The notes below the pieces were generated by a model. That model ran no database searches. It was not told the DNA's origin and saw nothing but the letters and a program-made list of their open reading frames with translations. Shown here piece by piece: positions 40,201-52,882 of a stretch of 64,000 bases of DNA. The position numbers were made by a program, and so were the translations under genes. Within the stretch, counting starts at the first letter, position 1. Every line of letters starts with the position of its first letter. Source of the DNA: Octopus sinensis (lineage: Eukaryota); the NCBI RefSeq assembly GCF_006345805.1, contig NC_043017.1, positions 11,408,001 through 11,472,000 of the forward strand, written 5' to 3'.

Positions 40201-41956
40201 TTAAGAAAGAAGTATGTAAGGAGAGAAGATATCAAGATGTTGAATTATTGCTGTGTAAACAATTTCATGTATATATATATTAGATACAACACAACGCAAA
40301 TGTATAATGTGGTGCTAGTGGAGTGCAATGCAACGTAACTTAATATAAGCAGTAAAATGCAGGGCAATGCAATGTAATTTAATATAAGCATAACCACATG
40401 CAGTAAAACGTAGTAAAATGCATCTTAGTTTAACACGGTTCAAGACACAAACCATCTGGATATCCACTCCTCAAAATTGTTATTGTTATAAATACATGAA
40501 ATTAAAAGAGCATGTGTACACACACACACACATGCATGTGTGTAGCTGTGAGTACATGGATATGTATTATGTGCATAAAGTATATAGATACATGTCCAAC
40601 CATCCATCCATCTCTCCATCCATCCATCTATTATAAATACATATACAAACACATACATACATATGTATATATGCATGTGGATATATACATCCCTGTTTTT
40701 CTCTATATATGTACATATTTGTGTTTGTGTATATACATACACACACATATATAAACATGTATATATGTATGCATACATATGTATGTATATATACATATAT
40801 ATATATCTTCATATGTATCTAAGTGTGTGTGGATATATACATGTGGATATATACATCTCTCTGTTTTTCTCTATATATATGTGTGTGTGTATATATATGT
40901 ACAAATATGTATGTACATATTTGTGTTTGTGTATATGCACACACACACACACACATATAAACATGTATATATATATGCATACATATGTATGTATATATAC
41001 ATATATATATATATATCTTCATATGTATCTAAGTGTGTGTGTATCACATAGTCTGGTGGGAATTCTATGTCACTGCAGAATACAAACCGAAGAATGATGC
41101 ACAGTGCAATGTTGTGTCAGGCAAGATTCAGATGGGAAAGCATTTGTTGCCGAATGCCAAGGAAGGGTCTTTATGAGAGAACACAGGGATTTGGTGTCGT
41201 TGAGATTCTTGTTGGCTGGTTTATGGGGGATGAAATGGGATAGAATGGGATGGGATGGGGCAGGACAGGACAGGATGGGATGGGATGGTACCGGACTGGG
41301 GCTGGTTTGCTTGAGGGTTGGGCTAGAAGTGTTGGAACTGAGTGAGGGTGCACGGCATGGGGTGGAGAATTGAGGCAGAGAGAGAGAGAAGAAGACGGAG
41401 GGAGAAAGTGAAAGATAAGAAGTGAGGGAGAGAGGGGAAGGAAGAGAGAGAGATGAAGAAAGTGAGGTTGAGAAAGTTTGTGATTTGTGAAATGGCTTCA
41501 AGAGGAGAAAGAGAAAAGAAGAGAGAAAGGGAAGAAAGAAGGGGTGGGAAAGAGAGAGAGAGGGGCGGGGTTGAGAAATCATCTTATGAATATCATTTAC
41601 ACACACGCATAACTAATGCCTTGTACATACATGCACACACACCCAGGCACACATACATGCGTACACACATAAATACATACATACATGCATACACACACAG
41701 ATGCATACACATGTAGACACACACCCGTGCAAAGTGTCTTGTTCCTGTTGCTAACAAATTGTCTCAAAACCCTCACCAATGCGCTGCCTCCATCCCACCC
41801 CCCAACATATGCCATGAATCTGTCAACTTTAAATGAACAGGAATTTTAATAAGGAGTAAATGATAGCTACAATGATGATGATGATGATGATGATGATGAT
41901 GGGAATGCTGGTGGTGGTGGTGGCAGTGGTGATACTGCAAGCTCACTGCCTTAATA

Positions 41957-42001
<45 letters not shown>

Positions 42002-42152
42002 CAATAATAATAATTATAACAATGGTTTCAAATTTTGGCACAAGGCCAGCAATTTTGGGGGAGGTGCTAAGTTGATTACATCAACCTCACTACATAACTG
42101 GTATTTATTTTATTGATCCCAAAAGGATGAAAGTTAAAGTCAATCATGGTGC

Positions 42153-42198
<46 letters not shown>

Positions 42199-42580
42199 TC
42201 ATATTTTGGCACAATTTTTGATGGAAGAAGGAAGTTGATTGTATCAGCCCTGATACTCGGCTGATACCTATTTTATTCTTCAATTAGTATCTGTAATTAT
42301 TAGGTACAGGCATGGCTGTGTAGTAAGAAGTTTGCTTTCCACACACATGGTTCCAGTTTCAGTCCCACTGTGTGGCCTCTTGGCTAAGTACCTTCTGTAA
42401 TAGTCCTTGGCTGACCAAAGCCTTGGGAGGTCAGCTTGAAAAATTGTTAAGACACAAGGACGATATTTTCCCACTTTTCTGAACATGAAACCAATAGTAG
42501 CGTTAATTTACAAATAAAGAAATTATATCCACAAATGCAGTGCTGAGCACTCATTTTCAATGTTGGACAGTTACTGGTAT

Positions 42581-42646
<66 letters not shown>

Positions 42647-43109
42647 CACACACACACACACTATATAAATATATGCAAATATACATGCATATATGTACAT
42701 ACCTACATATATATGTATATATACATGCATATATGGGTACAGGACATCAAAAAAACGTTGAAGACAATGAGAAACGAAAACAAAAACATAGAAACAAACT
42801 TTTTTTCAAATAACGAAAAAAACAGAGTACAAGACATGCAACACAAGAAATATTCCCCTTCTTCATCTACTCCGCATTTCGACGGTAAAGACAAGATGCA
42901 ACTTTATTGAAACAGTCCTTCCCACAAAGCAAATTAAATAATATTTGGGATTTTTTGCGGAGGGTAAAAGTGGTAACAAGAACAGATCAAAACAGTAAAA
43001 ACAATAAAAAATTTCAAATAGTAAAAGACAGAACAATGAACAAAACAGTAAAAACAAATGATGAGGTCTGTTAAGCCAAGATGATAGAAAAATTTTTCTG
43101 AACGCTTTT

Positions 43110-43125
<16 letters not shown>

Positions 43126-43147
<22 letters not shown>

Positions 43148-45070
43148 GATAGATATATTTTATTTTATAGAAGGAGCTTCTACAGGACTAGAACTGTTTC
43201 AGATATATATAGATGTGTGTGTGTGTATGTATCTATGTGTGTCATTGTCCCCTACCATTGCTTGACAACCAGTGTTAGTTTGTTTACATCCCTGTAACTT
43301 AGCAGTTCAGCAAGAGAGACTGATAGAATAAGTACCAGGCTTAAAAAAGATTAATAAGTAACTAGAGTTAATTTGTTCAACCAAAACCCTTCAAGGCAGT
43401 GCCCCAGCATGGCCACAGTCCAATAACTGAGACCAGCAAAAAGTGAAAAGTAAGATCCTTTTCCCACTCAATTTATTTTTCTTCTCACAAAGGTCAGCTT
43501 AGGGTTAGGGTCCTCATCAGCCTCCATCCAGTCCTCATCCTTACAGTGGCAGCTGTTCAGATTTAGAGCTTTCGTTATGATTCCTTCGTCTGGAACTTTC
43601 TTCATATTTTCATTCTTTTTCTTCCTTTTCATTCTTTTTTTGTGGTTCTTTTATTTTTTTCTTTTACATCTTTATCTTTTTTTATTTATATTTCTTGATT
43701 TCTCTTTCTTTTTCTACCTTCTTACATCTTCATCTATTTTCTTCTTTTTCTTTGCAAGGCTGTCATTTATCAACTTGCTCTTCCATTCCCCTCTCTCACT
43801 GTTCTTTCCTCTCTTCATATCCTCCTTCTCCTCCCCCTCCTCCTGTCAAAACTTTAACTCTAATATATGTTAATTCAAACATCTTCCAGACCATTCTAAT
43901 AATGCTATCATATTTACTCCGAACTTAACATTATATCAGGCCACAAATATTTATAATTCTCTGTCTGTCAGCCTACCTGTTGCTTGTCTGTCTGTCTGTC
44001 TTTCACTCTCTCTCTCTCTCTCTCTCTCTGCTCTTCTTACTTATTTTCATCTCTCTTTCTAGCTATCTCTGCCTCTTTCCTATTCATACTTTATATATAT
44101 ATATATATAATATATATATATATAGATAGATATATTTTATTTTATAGAAGGAGCTTCTACAGGACTAGAACTGTTTCAGATATATATAGATGTGTGTGTG
44201 TGTGTATGTATCTATGTGTGTCATTGTCCCCTACCATTGCTTGACAACCAGTGTTAGTTTGTTTACATCCCTGTAACTTAGCAGTTCAGCAAGAGAGACT
44301 GATAGAATAAGTACCAGGCTTAAAAAAGATTAATAAGTAACTAGAGTTAATTTGTTCAACCAAAACCCTTCAAGGCAGTGCCCCAGCATGGCCACAGTCC
44401 AATAACTGAGACCAGCAAAAAGTGAAAAGTAAGATCCTTTTCCCACTCAATTTATTTTTCTTCTCACAAAGGTCAGCTTAGGGTTAGGGTCCTCATCAGC
44501 CTCCATCCAGTCCTCATCCTTACAGTGGCAGCTGTTCAGATTTAGAGCTTTCGTTATGATTCCTTCGTCTGGAACTTTCTTCATATTTTCATTCTTTTTC
44601 TTCCTTTTCATTCTTTTTTTGTGGTTCTTTTATTTTTTTCTTTTACATCTTTATCTTTTTTTATTTATATTTCTTGATTTCTCTTTCTTTTTCTACCTTC
44701 TTACATCTTCATCTATTTTCTTCTTTTTCTTTGCAAGGCTGTCATTTATCAACTTGCTCTTCCATTCCCCTCTCTCACTGTTCTTTCCTCTCTTCATATC
44801 CTCCTTCTCCTCCCCCTCCTCCTGTCAAAACTTTAACTCTAATATATGTTAATTCAAACATCTTCCAGACCATTCTAATAATGCTATCATATTTACTCCG
44901 AACTTAACATTATATCAGGCCACAAATATTTATAATTCTCTGTCTGTCAGCCTACCTGTTGCTTGTCTGTCTGTCTGTCTTTCACTCTCTCTCTCTCTCT
45001 CTCTCTCTGCTCTTCTTACTTATTTTCATCTCTCTTTCTAGCTATCTCTGCCTCTTTCCTATTCATACTT

Positions 45071-45092
<22 letters not shown>
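43126..45092. repeat. Near-identical tandem duplication, unit about 979 bp
   Basis: Identical ORFs at 43577/44556, 43695/44674 and 43984/44963; boundaries in TA tracts. Confidence 0.92.
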
Positions 45093-45103
<11 letters not shown>

Positions 45104-45105
<2 letters not shown>

Positions 45106-45458
45106 AAAGAAGAATGCAAGCTGGGTTAAAAATTCACAACAGCTGTTTCAGCAGCATTTTATTGATGTCTTCTTAGATTACAGCATGGCAAAAGAAAAAC
45201 CCCAGCAGCATTAGGTAAATTTAAACATATAAACAGATAAGTCAGAAACAGATGATGACCAGTTCACCACTAGCCTTAGTGGAACAAACATTTGACTTGT
45301 TCCACCAAGGCTGGTGGTGAACTGGTCATATATTTTTGCCTTACCTGTTTATCTGATGCTGGTGGGCTTTTTGCCATGCTGTAACCTAAGTATGCACCAA
45401 TAAAATGATGCCAAAACAGCTGTTGTGAATTTTTAACCCCACTTGTGTTCTTCTTTAT
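45104..45458. mobile_element. Foldback element of about 355 bp
   Basis: ATAAAGAAGAA...GGGTTAAAAATTCACAACAGCTGTT mirrored at the right end; inner arms TGACCAGTTCACCAC...GGAACAA. Confidence 0.75.
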
Positions 45459-46026
45459 GTGTGTGCTTGCATGTGTGTATGTATTATATATATGCTAGCA
45501 TGGAAAGCGGACGCTAAATGATGATAAATGATGATACATATATACACACTCATATGTATACATACATACATACATACATACGTATACATACATACGTAAT
45601 GATTTCACTTAGGCATATCAATGCTAATAGTCTGTTCTTAGCACTCAGAATACTTATGCTTCTGCATAAAGAATAAAATTGGTTATGTAATTCTTCTTCT
45701 TCATTTGCCAGTCCATGAATTTTATATATATACACACATGCATTAAAGCAGTCCACTCTGAAACAAAAGTTGACCACTTCAAGCACAAATATAGCATTAG
45801 CTCCTCAAGTGAAAACAAATTTAGCCTTTGAACCCAGAGACTCTCTTGAAAAAAACGTTTCCACAAATGTTGCAAATGCATCTCAGTTCTGAATTTGTTA
45901 TTTCTTTGTGTTTTTTGTGCATGTTTACTTGTCTCTCCAGAACTCCGGAGGATTTCCTCACCTTTTGACAAAAATAACACTGAAGAGCATTGTCTTGTAT
46001 AAGGCAATGGTATTAGGGGTTAATAA

Positions 46027-46260
46027 GGCGGCGAGCTGGCAGAAACGTTAGCACGCCGGGCGAAATGCTTAGCGGTATTTCGTCTGCGTTACGTTGTGAG
46101 TTCAAATTCCGCCGAGGTCGACTTTGCCTTTCATCCTTTCGGGGTCGATAAATTAAGTACCAGTTACGCACTGGGGTCGATGTAATCGACTTAATACCTA
46201 TGTCTGCCCTTGTTTGTCCCCTCTGTGTTTATCCCCTTGTGGGTAATAAAGAAATAGGTA
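46027..46260 (+). mobile_element. tRNA-derived SINE family 1 (GGCGGCGAGCTGGCAG head)
   Basis: GAGTTCAAATTCC B box and GTCGACTTTGCCTTTCATCCTTTCGGGGTCGATAAA core. Other copies at about 6481, 8957, 9121, 9361, 33437 (+) and 37855, 42030, 50040 (-). Confidence 0.85.
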
Positions 46261-46269
46261 TTAGGGGTT

Positions 46270-46760
46270 AATGTTGTTCTTGTGTGACCGTAAATTAAAT
46301 TTTGGACCAGCTTTTGAGAGGCAGATCCAGCTACAAACTTTGCACACTTGTCCTGAGGTGTTGGAAAACTCCCCTTTTTGCTTTCCCGTTTTCTTTTCAA
46401 TTCACACTGCTCAATTTATTTGCTCTTAAAGGCTCGCACACTTGTCCAAATATTTTCCTGCCATAATTTCCTGTCAATTGCAAGAGATTCAATTTGTTTA
46501 GCTGGAACGTTGACTTGTCCAAGGTAAGATTTTATGTTGTCTCTGAATGTTTTCAGGGGTTTGCTATTTTGTGGGTCTCCAGCACAAGTTCACCATACAG
46601 AGGTTGTTTGGGAATACATTTATTGTCCATATCCTGTCCATCATGATTGGTTCCTCATGAGAAGTGATTCATGTGAGAAAGAATCCCAGTTTGGTTAAGA
46701 ACACCTATATGTGGACTTTTTGATTTCCAGCTTATTTTTCAGATGTGTTTAAACATATAA
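46270..46760 (-). mobile_element. RTE/BovB-like LINE C-terminal remnant
   Basis: IPKQPLYGEL, LAIDRKLW and CKVCSWICLSKAG...RSH zinc-finger-like tail in broken frames. Confidence 0.65.
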
Positions 46761-47500
46761 ACATGAATGCAGATCAGTGATCAGGTTCTTATGCTTGAAA
46801 GGTCATACACCAAAAGAGACTTTCGATGAAATGAAAGAAGTTTATGGTGACGATGCCCCATCATACAACATAGTCAAGTGCTGACACTGCCAGTTCAAAT
46901 GTGGTCGGACATCAGTGGAAACTGCTCCTATTCCTGGATAACCACATTCCGCCAAAAAAAAGCTCATGTCCAACTCTCAGCAGGCAAGGTGACACCATCC
47001 ATAAAGTGGGAGCCACCATTTTGGAAGATTGTCGTATAACTATTTGGCAATAATACATTTCTAAATCTCTCAGAGTGATAGTATGTTGTCAACTTAATGT
47101 GCCAGTCCCATGAAAGGGAAGAGTGCTACTGTTATTTAGCCCAAAGAAACACCGTTTCCTGTTGGAAACATATCAAGTCCAACAGGAAACAGTGTTTCCT
47201 AGGGCTAAATAACAGTAACATTCATCCATTTCATGGGACTACCACATTAAGTTGACAACATACTATCACTTTAACTATTTGGCAACTATCCCAAGATGTG
47301 AAGGTAAGTGTAGGATTTGTGGAAAAAAAATCATTCACAACCATCTGCACATGCGAAAGTTGTCTTCATGATGGATTCCCCAGATGCTCACACCTTTTTA
47401 GAAGCAGGAACGAGTCAATTGCTCCCAGGCTCGCTTGGCAATGTGCCAAGAAAGCAAGGAGGGCTTTTATATCAGGCGTATCACACTGGATGAAACAACC
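46760..47500 (+). mobile_element. Mariner N-terminal remnant interrupted by a foldback insertion
   Basis: ECRSVIRFLCLKG...EMKEVYGDDAPSY, WIPQMLT, ITLDET. Confidence 0.75.
47051..47271. mobile_element. Foldback insertion with 14-bp flanking direct repeat
   Basis: Imperfect palindrome 47074-47270; TAACTATTTGGCAA at 47037-47050 and 47272-47285. Confidence 0.8.
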
Positions 47501-47684
47501 ATACAGCCATGCCAGCCCCTACTGAACAGAATGAAGAAAGACCAGGAAAAAAAAAAAAGGAAAAAGACAAAAGTAATTAGAGGTGGGAAGGAAGAGAAAA
47601 AATATGTAGAAGCACACAGAAGTACGTAGAAAATGGGAAGAAGAAGAAGGAAAGATATTAGCAAAATAAAATCTGTTTCCTTAC

Positions 47685-47769
47685 CTGAAAAATATAATAG
47701 ATCCTGCTTTATAACTTGATCCTGATATGGTTCCCAACCATAATGGTTCTGGTGCCTTACAACCAGTTT
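47685..47769 (-). CDS. Gene B exon, N-terminal half of CCP5
   Basis: Acceptor tatttttacag, donor AG|gtaagg, 85 nt, phase 1-2. ETGCKAPEPLWLGTISGSSYKAGSIIFF(S). Not in the ORF track in this frame. Confidence 0.88.
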
Positions 47770-48589
47770 CTGTAAAAATACAGAGAATTTAGCAATGAAG
47801 AGACTGGTTAAAGTAGAAAAGCAAGAAATCAATAAGTAATATATTGAGTGATTGATTAATAATGAGGTGGGGTGGTCAAGGTAAATATGCTGGAAGAGTA
47901 GATATGTATGCTTATATACATACACAAATGTGTGTGTGTGTGTGTATATACACATACGCATGCATGTTTACTTGATTTCATCCATGTTTTTCCATTCCAG
48001 TATGAGTTAGATGGATATATTGGAGCATTTTTTTATAGCTGGGTGCTCTTCCTGTCACTAATCCTAACCTTATCGCACATCCTTGAAAGTCTGAAGTGAG
48101 CAGCTGATTTGTTGACCGAAATGACAACCACTCTGCTTATAGGTTATAATTTTTGCAGAATGCAATTGTAAACAAATACACAGACAGAGAAACACACATG
48201 CATGTGTGTATATATGGGTGTATACATACATACATACATACATACATACATACACACATACACACACTATGAGCTTCTTTCAGTTCTTTTCCTATCACTT
48301 TCACTCAAGTGACTTTGATCAACCTAATCCCTACAGTAAAAAAAAACAATTGTTCAAGATGGCACACAGCGAGACTGAATCCCAAACCACATGGTTAGGA
48401 AGCAAATTTCTTCACTACACATCCGTGTGGGTGATGATATAATAAACTTTGTATATAAAATAAAACTGTTTTGTATATACTTAATGTCTGTAGCCACTTC
48501 CGAAACATGGCTTCATGATAGAATTCTGGAATTTAGAGATAGCAGTTATCTGCAAAACAAGTGCGTTGTGCTGTTTAGATAATATTACA

Positions 48590-49000
48590 TACTGCAAATG
48601 TGAAATAAAGCATATGCTTTTATCCCAGGTACTGCCTTTATCCCAGGTACTGCCTTTATCCCAGGTACTGCTTTTATCTCAGGCACTCAGCTGCAAGCAC
48701 CAAAATCAATTCATCTGATGGTATCCCAAAGAAATATATGGGACCCACAGTCACTAACTTCAATGAAAATTTCATTTAACACATACACTCCTTCAAGTCC
48801 AGAGACATGGAAAATTCCACCTCCCTGTTCCTGGAGACTGTGAGACCTGGTAAATATTCTGCCTAATATAACCTAGATCATACTCTACAAACCTACTTCT
48901 GACTTACCAGGAGTGTGTATCTGCAGTCTTTGTTTATGTGAGAAGCTACACATATTGCAATGTTTCCCTACTAACAAGAAGACTAAACTTTCATACAACT
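48590..49000 (+). mobile_element. Penelope-like GIY-YIG remnant
   Basis: CKCEIKH, KKYMGPTVTNF...HIHSFK and CSLCLCEKLHI in broken frames; contains an 18-bp tandem repeat at about 48617-48690. Confidence 0.6.
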
Positions 49001-49977
49001 GCCACCAATGGAGCTCCAAGTTAGTAGTTGTTGACACTATTCTATAATTTTTACAGAAATTTTTCGTTTCACTAGAATTTCGAACAAAAGCAAGGGGGAC
49101 TCAAATTATTTATTGTGCCAGAAGTGTTCTCTCACCTACCATTCTAAAGCTGTCCAGCGATTGCTACAACAACTAGAAATTATCTAACTAGTGGTTCTGC
49201 CTTCTGATTCAAACTGTTAACAGCAACAAACTTCACTCATCATCGAATGGCAATCAGTCTTAGTTAGGAGGAGGAGGAGGAAATTTGAGAAAGAATACTG
49301 AAGAAATAAAGGAAAACTGGCTTGAAAGAAAAATAAGATGGAAGAAGAGAACCAACATAAGTAGAATAAGCCAAACTAGAATGAGGGAAGAAGACAACAA
49401 AGAGATGAAGAAGAAGAAGAAAAAGAAGAATAAAGAAGATGAAAACAGAGAACAACTGTGTGAAGAACACCAGACTTAGCAGGAGTTTGATAGATTACAA
49501 CGCCAAAACAACTGGTGTTTCTTCCACACAAATATAAAAGTTGGCAGAACTTCACAAAAAATTGGTAACTTTATAAGCTGGATTTATATTATTTATATTA
49601 ACTTTGGTTGCTATAGCAACATGTTATAAAATCTTTATCTTCAATTTAACAATATCATTTGTGTTTTTTTTTTTTTTTGGATAGTTATTTGTTTATCAGA
49701 TAAAAAATGTTTGTGTTCTTGCTCTTACCAATACATTGTGGTTCTGTTCCTGTCCATGTTTCGTCTTCTCGGCACCGTCTTGAAGAGGGTCCTTGTAATT
49801 CAAAACCAATGTAGCAGGAATAATTTGCCAAACTATTCACAGAATATTCTGCAACAACGTGACCATTGGCTGGTGGTCTGAGAGTTCGACACTGGAATGC
49901 TGAGAATAATAATAAAAATAAATAACATAAATAAAAATCTTAATATTAATATTAAAATAGTAGTAGTGGTAGTATTG

Positions 49978-50019
<42 letters not shown>

Positions 50020-50298
50020 ACAATAATAATAATCCACTGTTATAGGTACAAAACCCGAAATTTTAGCAGGAGGGGCAAGTCAATTACATCGACCAGCACT
50101 TGACTGGTACTTTGTTTTATTGATCCTGCAAAGATGAAAAGCAAAGTTGACCACGGCTGAATTTGAACTCAGAATGTAAAGCCAAAAGAAGTTCGGCTAA
50201 ACAATTTTGTCTGGCATGCTAATGACACTACCACCTCTCTGCCTTAATAATAATAATAATGATAATAACAATGATAATAATAATCCTTTCTACTATAG

Positions 50299-50575
50299 GC
50301 ACATCCATACAGTGTAAAGAGAGGAATTGTTCAGGGCCTAAAACACCGAGCAATGAATATAAGTAGCGATCGCGATATCCACCACAAAGAAATGATCAAG
50401 CTCAGTAACAATCTATTAAGCAACAACTACCCCAAAAGCATACTCTCCACTCCAATTACGAAGAAAAGAGAGGATGAAACCGATAAACCGTCCACAGTCT
50501 GTCTACCCTATGTGAAAGGACTCTCCGAAAAGATACAAAAGATATGTGGCCCATATGACATCAGGATAGTGACGG
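50299..50575 (+). mobile_element. Penelope-like RT thumb remnant
   Basis: HPYSVKRGIVQGLKHRA...NNYPKSIL...VCLPYVKGLSEKIQKIC. Confidence 0.75.
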
Positions 50576-50836
50576 AGGAGAAGGAAGAGAAATGGAAGAG
50601 GAGAAGGAGGAGGTGTCTGCCTGTGTGAGTGTTTGGGGTTACTGTAACCCCTCCCACACCGTCCAACCGATTTTAATGATTTTTGGCACATAGGTAGATC
50701 GCATGCCCTGAAGTTCAAATAAGGCCAGAATTTTTCAAAAACTTGAATATATATATCATCATCATCATCATCATCATATGACCCAGCAAAGTCAAGGCTG
50801 TGTGGAATTTTCAGGACATTGACAAAGAGAAAGTTA

Positions 50837-50884
50837 GTCTTACAGCTGTTTCTGAGATATTAGGGATATCCCTCCATCAGAGAC
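50837..50884 (-). ncRNA. Decayed hammerhead motif in Penelope-like repeat
   Basis: Minus strand: GTCT / CTGATGG (A9->G) / GGGATA...TATCTC / GAAA / CAGCTG / TA / AGAC. Confidence 0.6.
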
Positions 50885-51147
50885 GATGTGAGATGGTTAA
50901 ATAGCAGGAAATATTAGAGTTCAATATAAGGAATTATTTTGGAAAAGGAAGGAAATAAGGCGAATGAATGTAGAAATAAAAATAAAAATATATAAAGATG
51001 GTATAGTTGCAGTACCATTATCCAAAAAAAGTGGTGTGTAGAAGTGGTAGAAATGCTTCCTATATACTATATCCTTTCTTTCTCTCTTTTTTTTTCTCTC
51101 TCCTTTTTTTCTCTCCTTGTTTCTCTCCTTGTTTTTTTTCTGTGTCC

Positions 51148-51184
51148 CTTTCTGTAGAAGAGCGTAGGCTCGAAACGTAAAAGA
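51148..51184 (+). ncRNA. Minimal hammerhead-like motif, variant core
   Basis: CTTT / CTGTAGA(A) (A6->U) / GAGC-GTAG-GCTC / GAAA / CG / TA / AAAG. Confidence 0.55.
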
Positions 51185-51707
51185 CTTTTTTAAATCTTGA
51201 GCGTTATACTAATACATCTGTTTGTTTTGTACACCACCTATCTTCGTCTTTTGTTTTTTTCGTGAACTCTCCCTATATATATATATATATGTGTGTGTGT
51301 GTATTATATATATATATGATAATTGAATTATATAATATGCATTTTATTGTGCTTAGTAATATACATTATCCCTGATTCATGGGAAAAAAACTGCCTTGCA
51401 TGGAACCAGTCTGTGCTGCAAAGAAAGGTGGTGACTGCTGTGATAGAGGGACAAAGGCCAAGAGTCTTGCTTTAGGGGATACAGAAGGTGACCCTGATCA
51501 TAATAAAGATGGATGGGAGTAACTGGAATGAGGATAAAGATAATGGTGACTAGAAGAGGAGCAACTGAAAATAGAAGATATGTGTTTCCATACTTAGTAT
51601 TTGCCAACAGAAACACAGGATTAGTTCATAGATCTCCCAGATTCTACATTTCTATTGTGACAAACAGACAGACAGTCCCATGATATGTAATCAAAAACTC
51701 AACTTAC

Positions 51708-51878
51708 CAACACATTTCGGTTGTGAGCCTGTCCACGTGAGGTTCTCCGTACACCTACGTTCTACATCGCCAACCAATTTGAAGCCACTGTAACAGACAT
51801 ACTTTGTCACATCATTGTATTTATTGCTGCCAAACTTGCCACCATTCTCTGGTTTCTCCAAGACGGGACACACTTCAC
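51708..51878 (-). CDS. Gene B exon, CCP4
   Basis: Acceptor catatttcag, donor G|gtaagt, 171 nt, phase 1-1. EVCPVLEKPENG...YVCYSGFKLVGDVERRCTENLTWTGSQPKCV. Confidence 0.93.
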
Positions 51879-52243
51879 CTGAAATATGATAAGATATGAA
51901 ATTCAGTTATATGTGTTTATTATATCAACATCATTTAATGTCCACCTGCGATGGGTTGGACAGTTTAACAGGAGCTGGTAAGCCAGCGGACTGCGTCATG
52001 CTCTACTGCCTGTCTATGTGTGTGTGTGTGTGTGTATTCAGGTATGTATTTCTCTGTGCACGTATGAATTCATTAATGTACATACATTTATAAATGCATA
52101 TGTTTGTGTATATGTGTGTATATATGTATATATATATATACAAAATTAATATAAACAACAGGTTGCAATGTTTCACCAAAAAAACGAGAATTATAATTGT
52201 CACTAAATGTGACTAGAATATTATAAAAAACCTATATTGCTAG

Positions 52244-52279
<36 letters not shown>

Positions 52280-52787
52280 GAGTAAATGTAATGACAAGCA
52301 AGTTAGGCAAGTCGATTTACACACAATATTCAATACATTTAACAGAAAAAAAAATATACATTCCATCTTTAAACTCCATCCTGTCTACACCTGAAATGTA
52401 AAATTCTCTCCTGAAGACGGAAGTGGCATTATCCAATAATGGATCCAAGTAACTGTTATTATTCCAGACCACCAAGCTCGCAGAAACAGCTGTTCAACTT
52501 GTAAAACTCTACTCATTTAACTCCTGATATCATTTATATTTTCTAAGTTGGACTATTTCATATCCGTACACATCATATACATTTTCTGCCATTAAATGTA
52601 ATATTCTGTGTAAATTGATTTGCTTAACTTACTTCTCATTACATTTACTCATCTGCTGGCTCAAGTTCAAATCTCTTGAATACTTCCTAGTGTATTCTAT
52701 ATAGAGAACACCTGTTTCTAATCTATAAACCACACACACACACATAAGTGTGTATATGTGTATACATAATATATATATAAATAATAT

Positions 52788-52882
52788 AATAACAATGATT
52801 CTAGAATGGAATTTATAAATATTTAATACATCATAGAGATGTATTAAATATTTATAACTTCCATCCTAGAATTATTGTTATT
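52788..52882. repeat. Palindrome with arms of about 45 bp
   Basis: AATAACAATGATTCTAGAATGGAATTTATAAATATTTAATACATC / GATGTATTAAATATTTATAACTTCCATCCTAGAATTATTGTTATT. Confidence 0.85.

Noticed and set aside
41228-41310. (GGGAT)n G-quadruplex candidate
   Set aside because: Simple repeat with no evidence of function.
43499-43510. TTAGGG x2 (also near 44478 and CCCTAA near 19110)
   Set aside because: Too short to call an interstitial telomeric repeat.
52386-52500. CTGAAGA...GAAACAGCTG hammerhead-like string
   Set aside because: Stems I and II do not pair; at best a heavily decayed copy, not counted.
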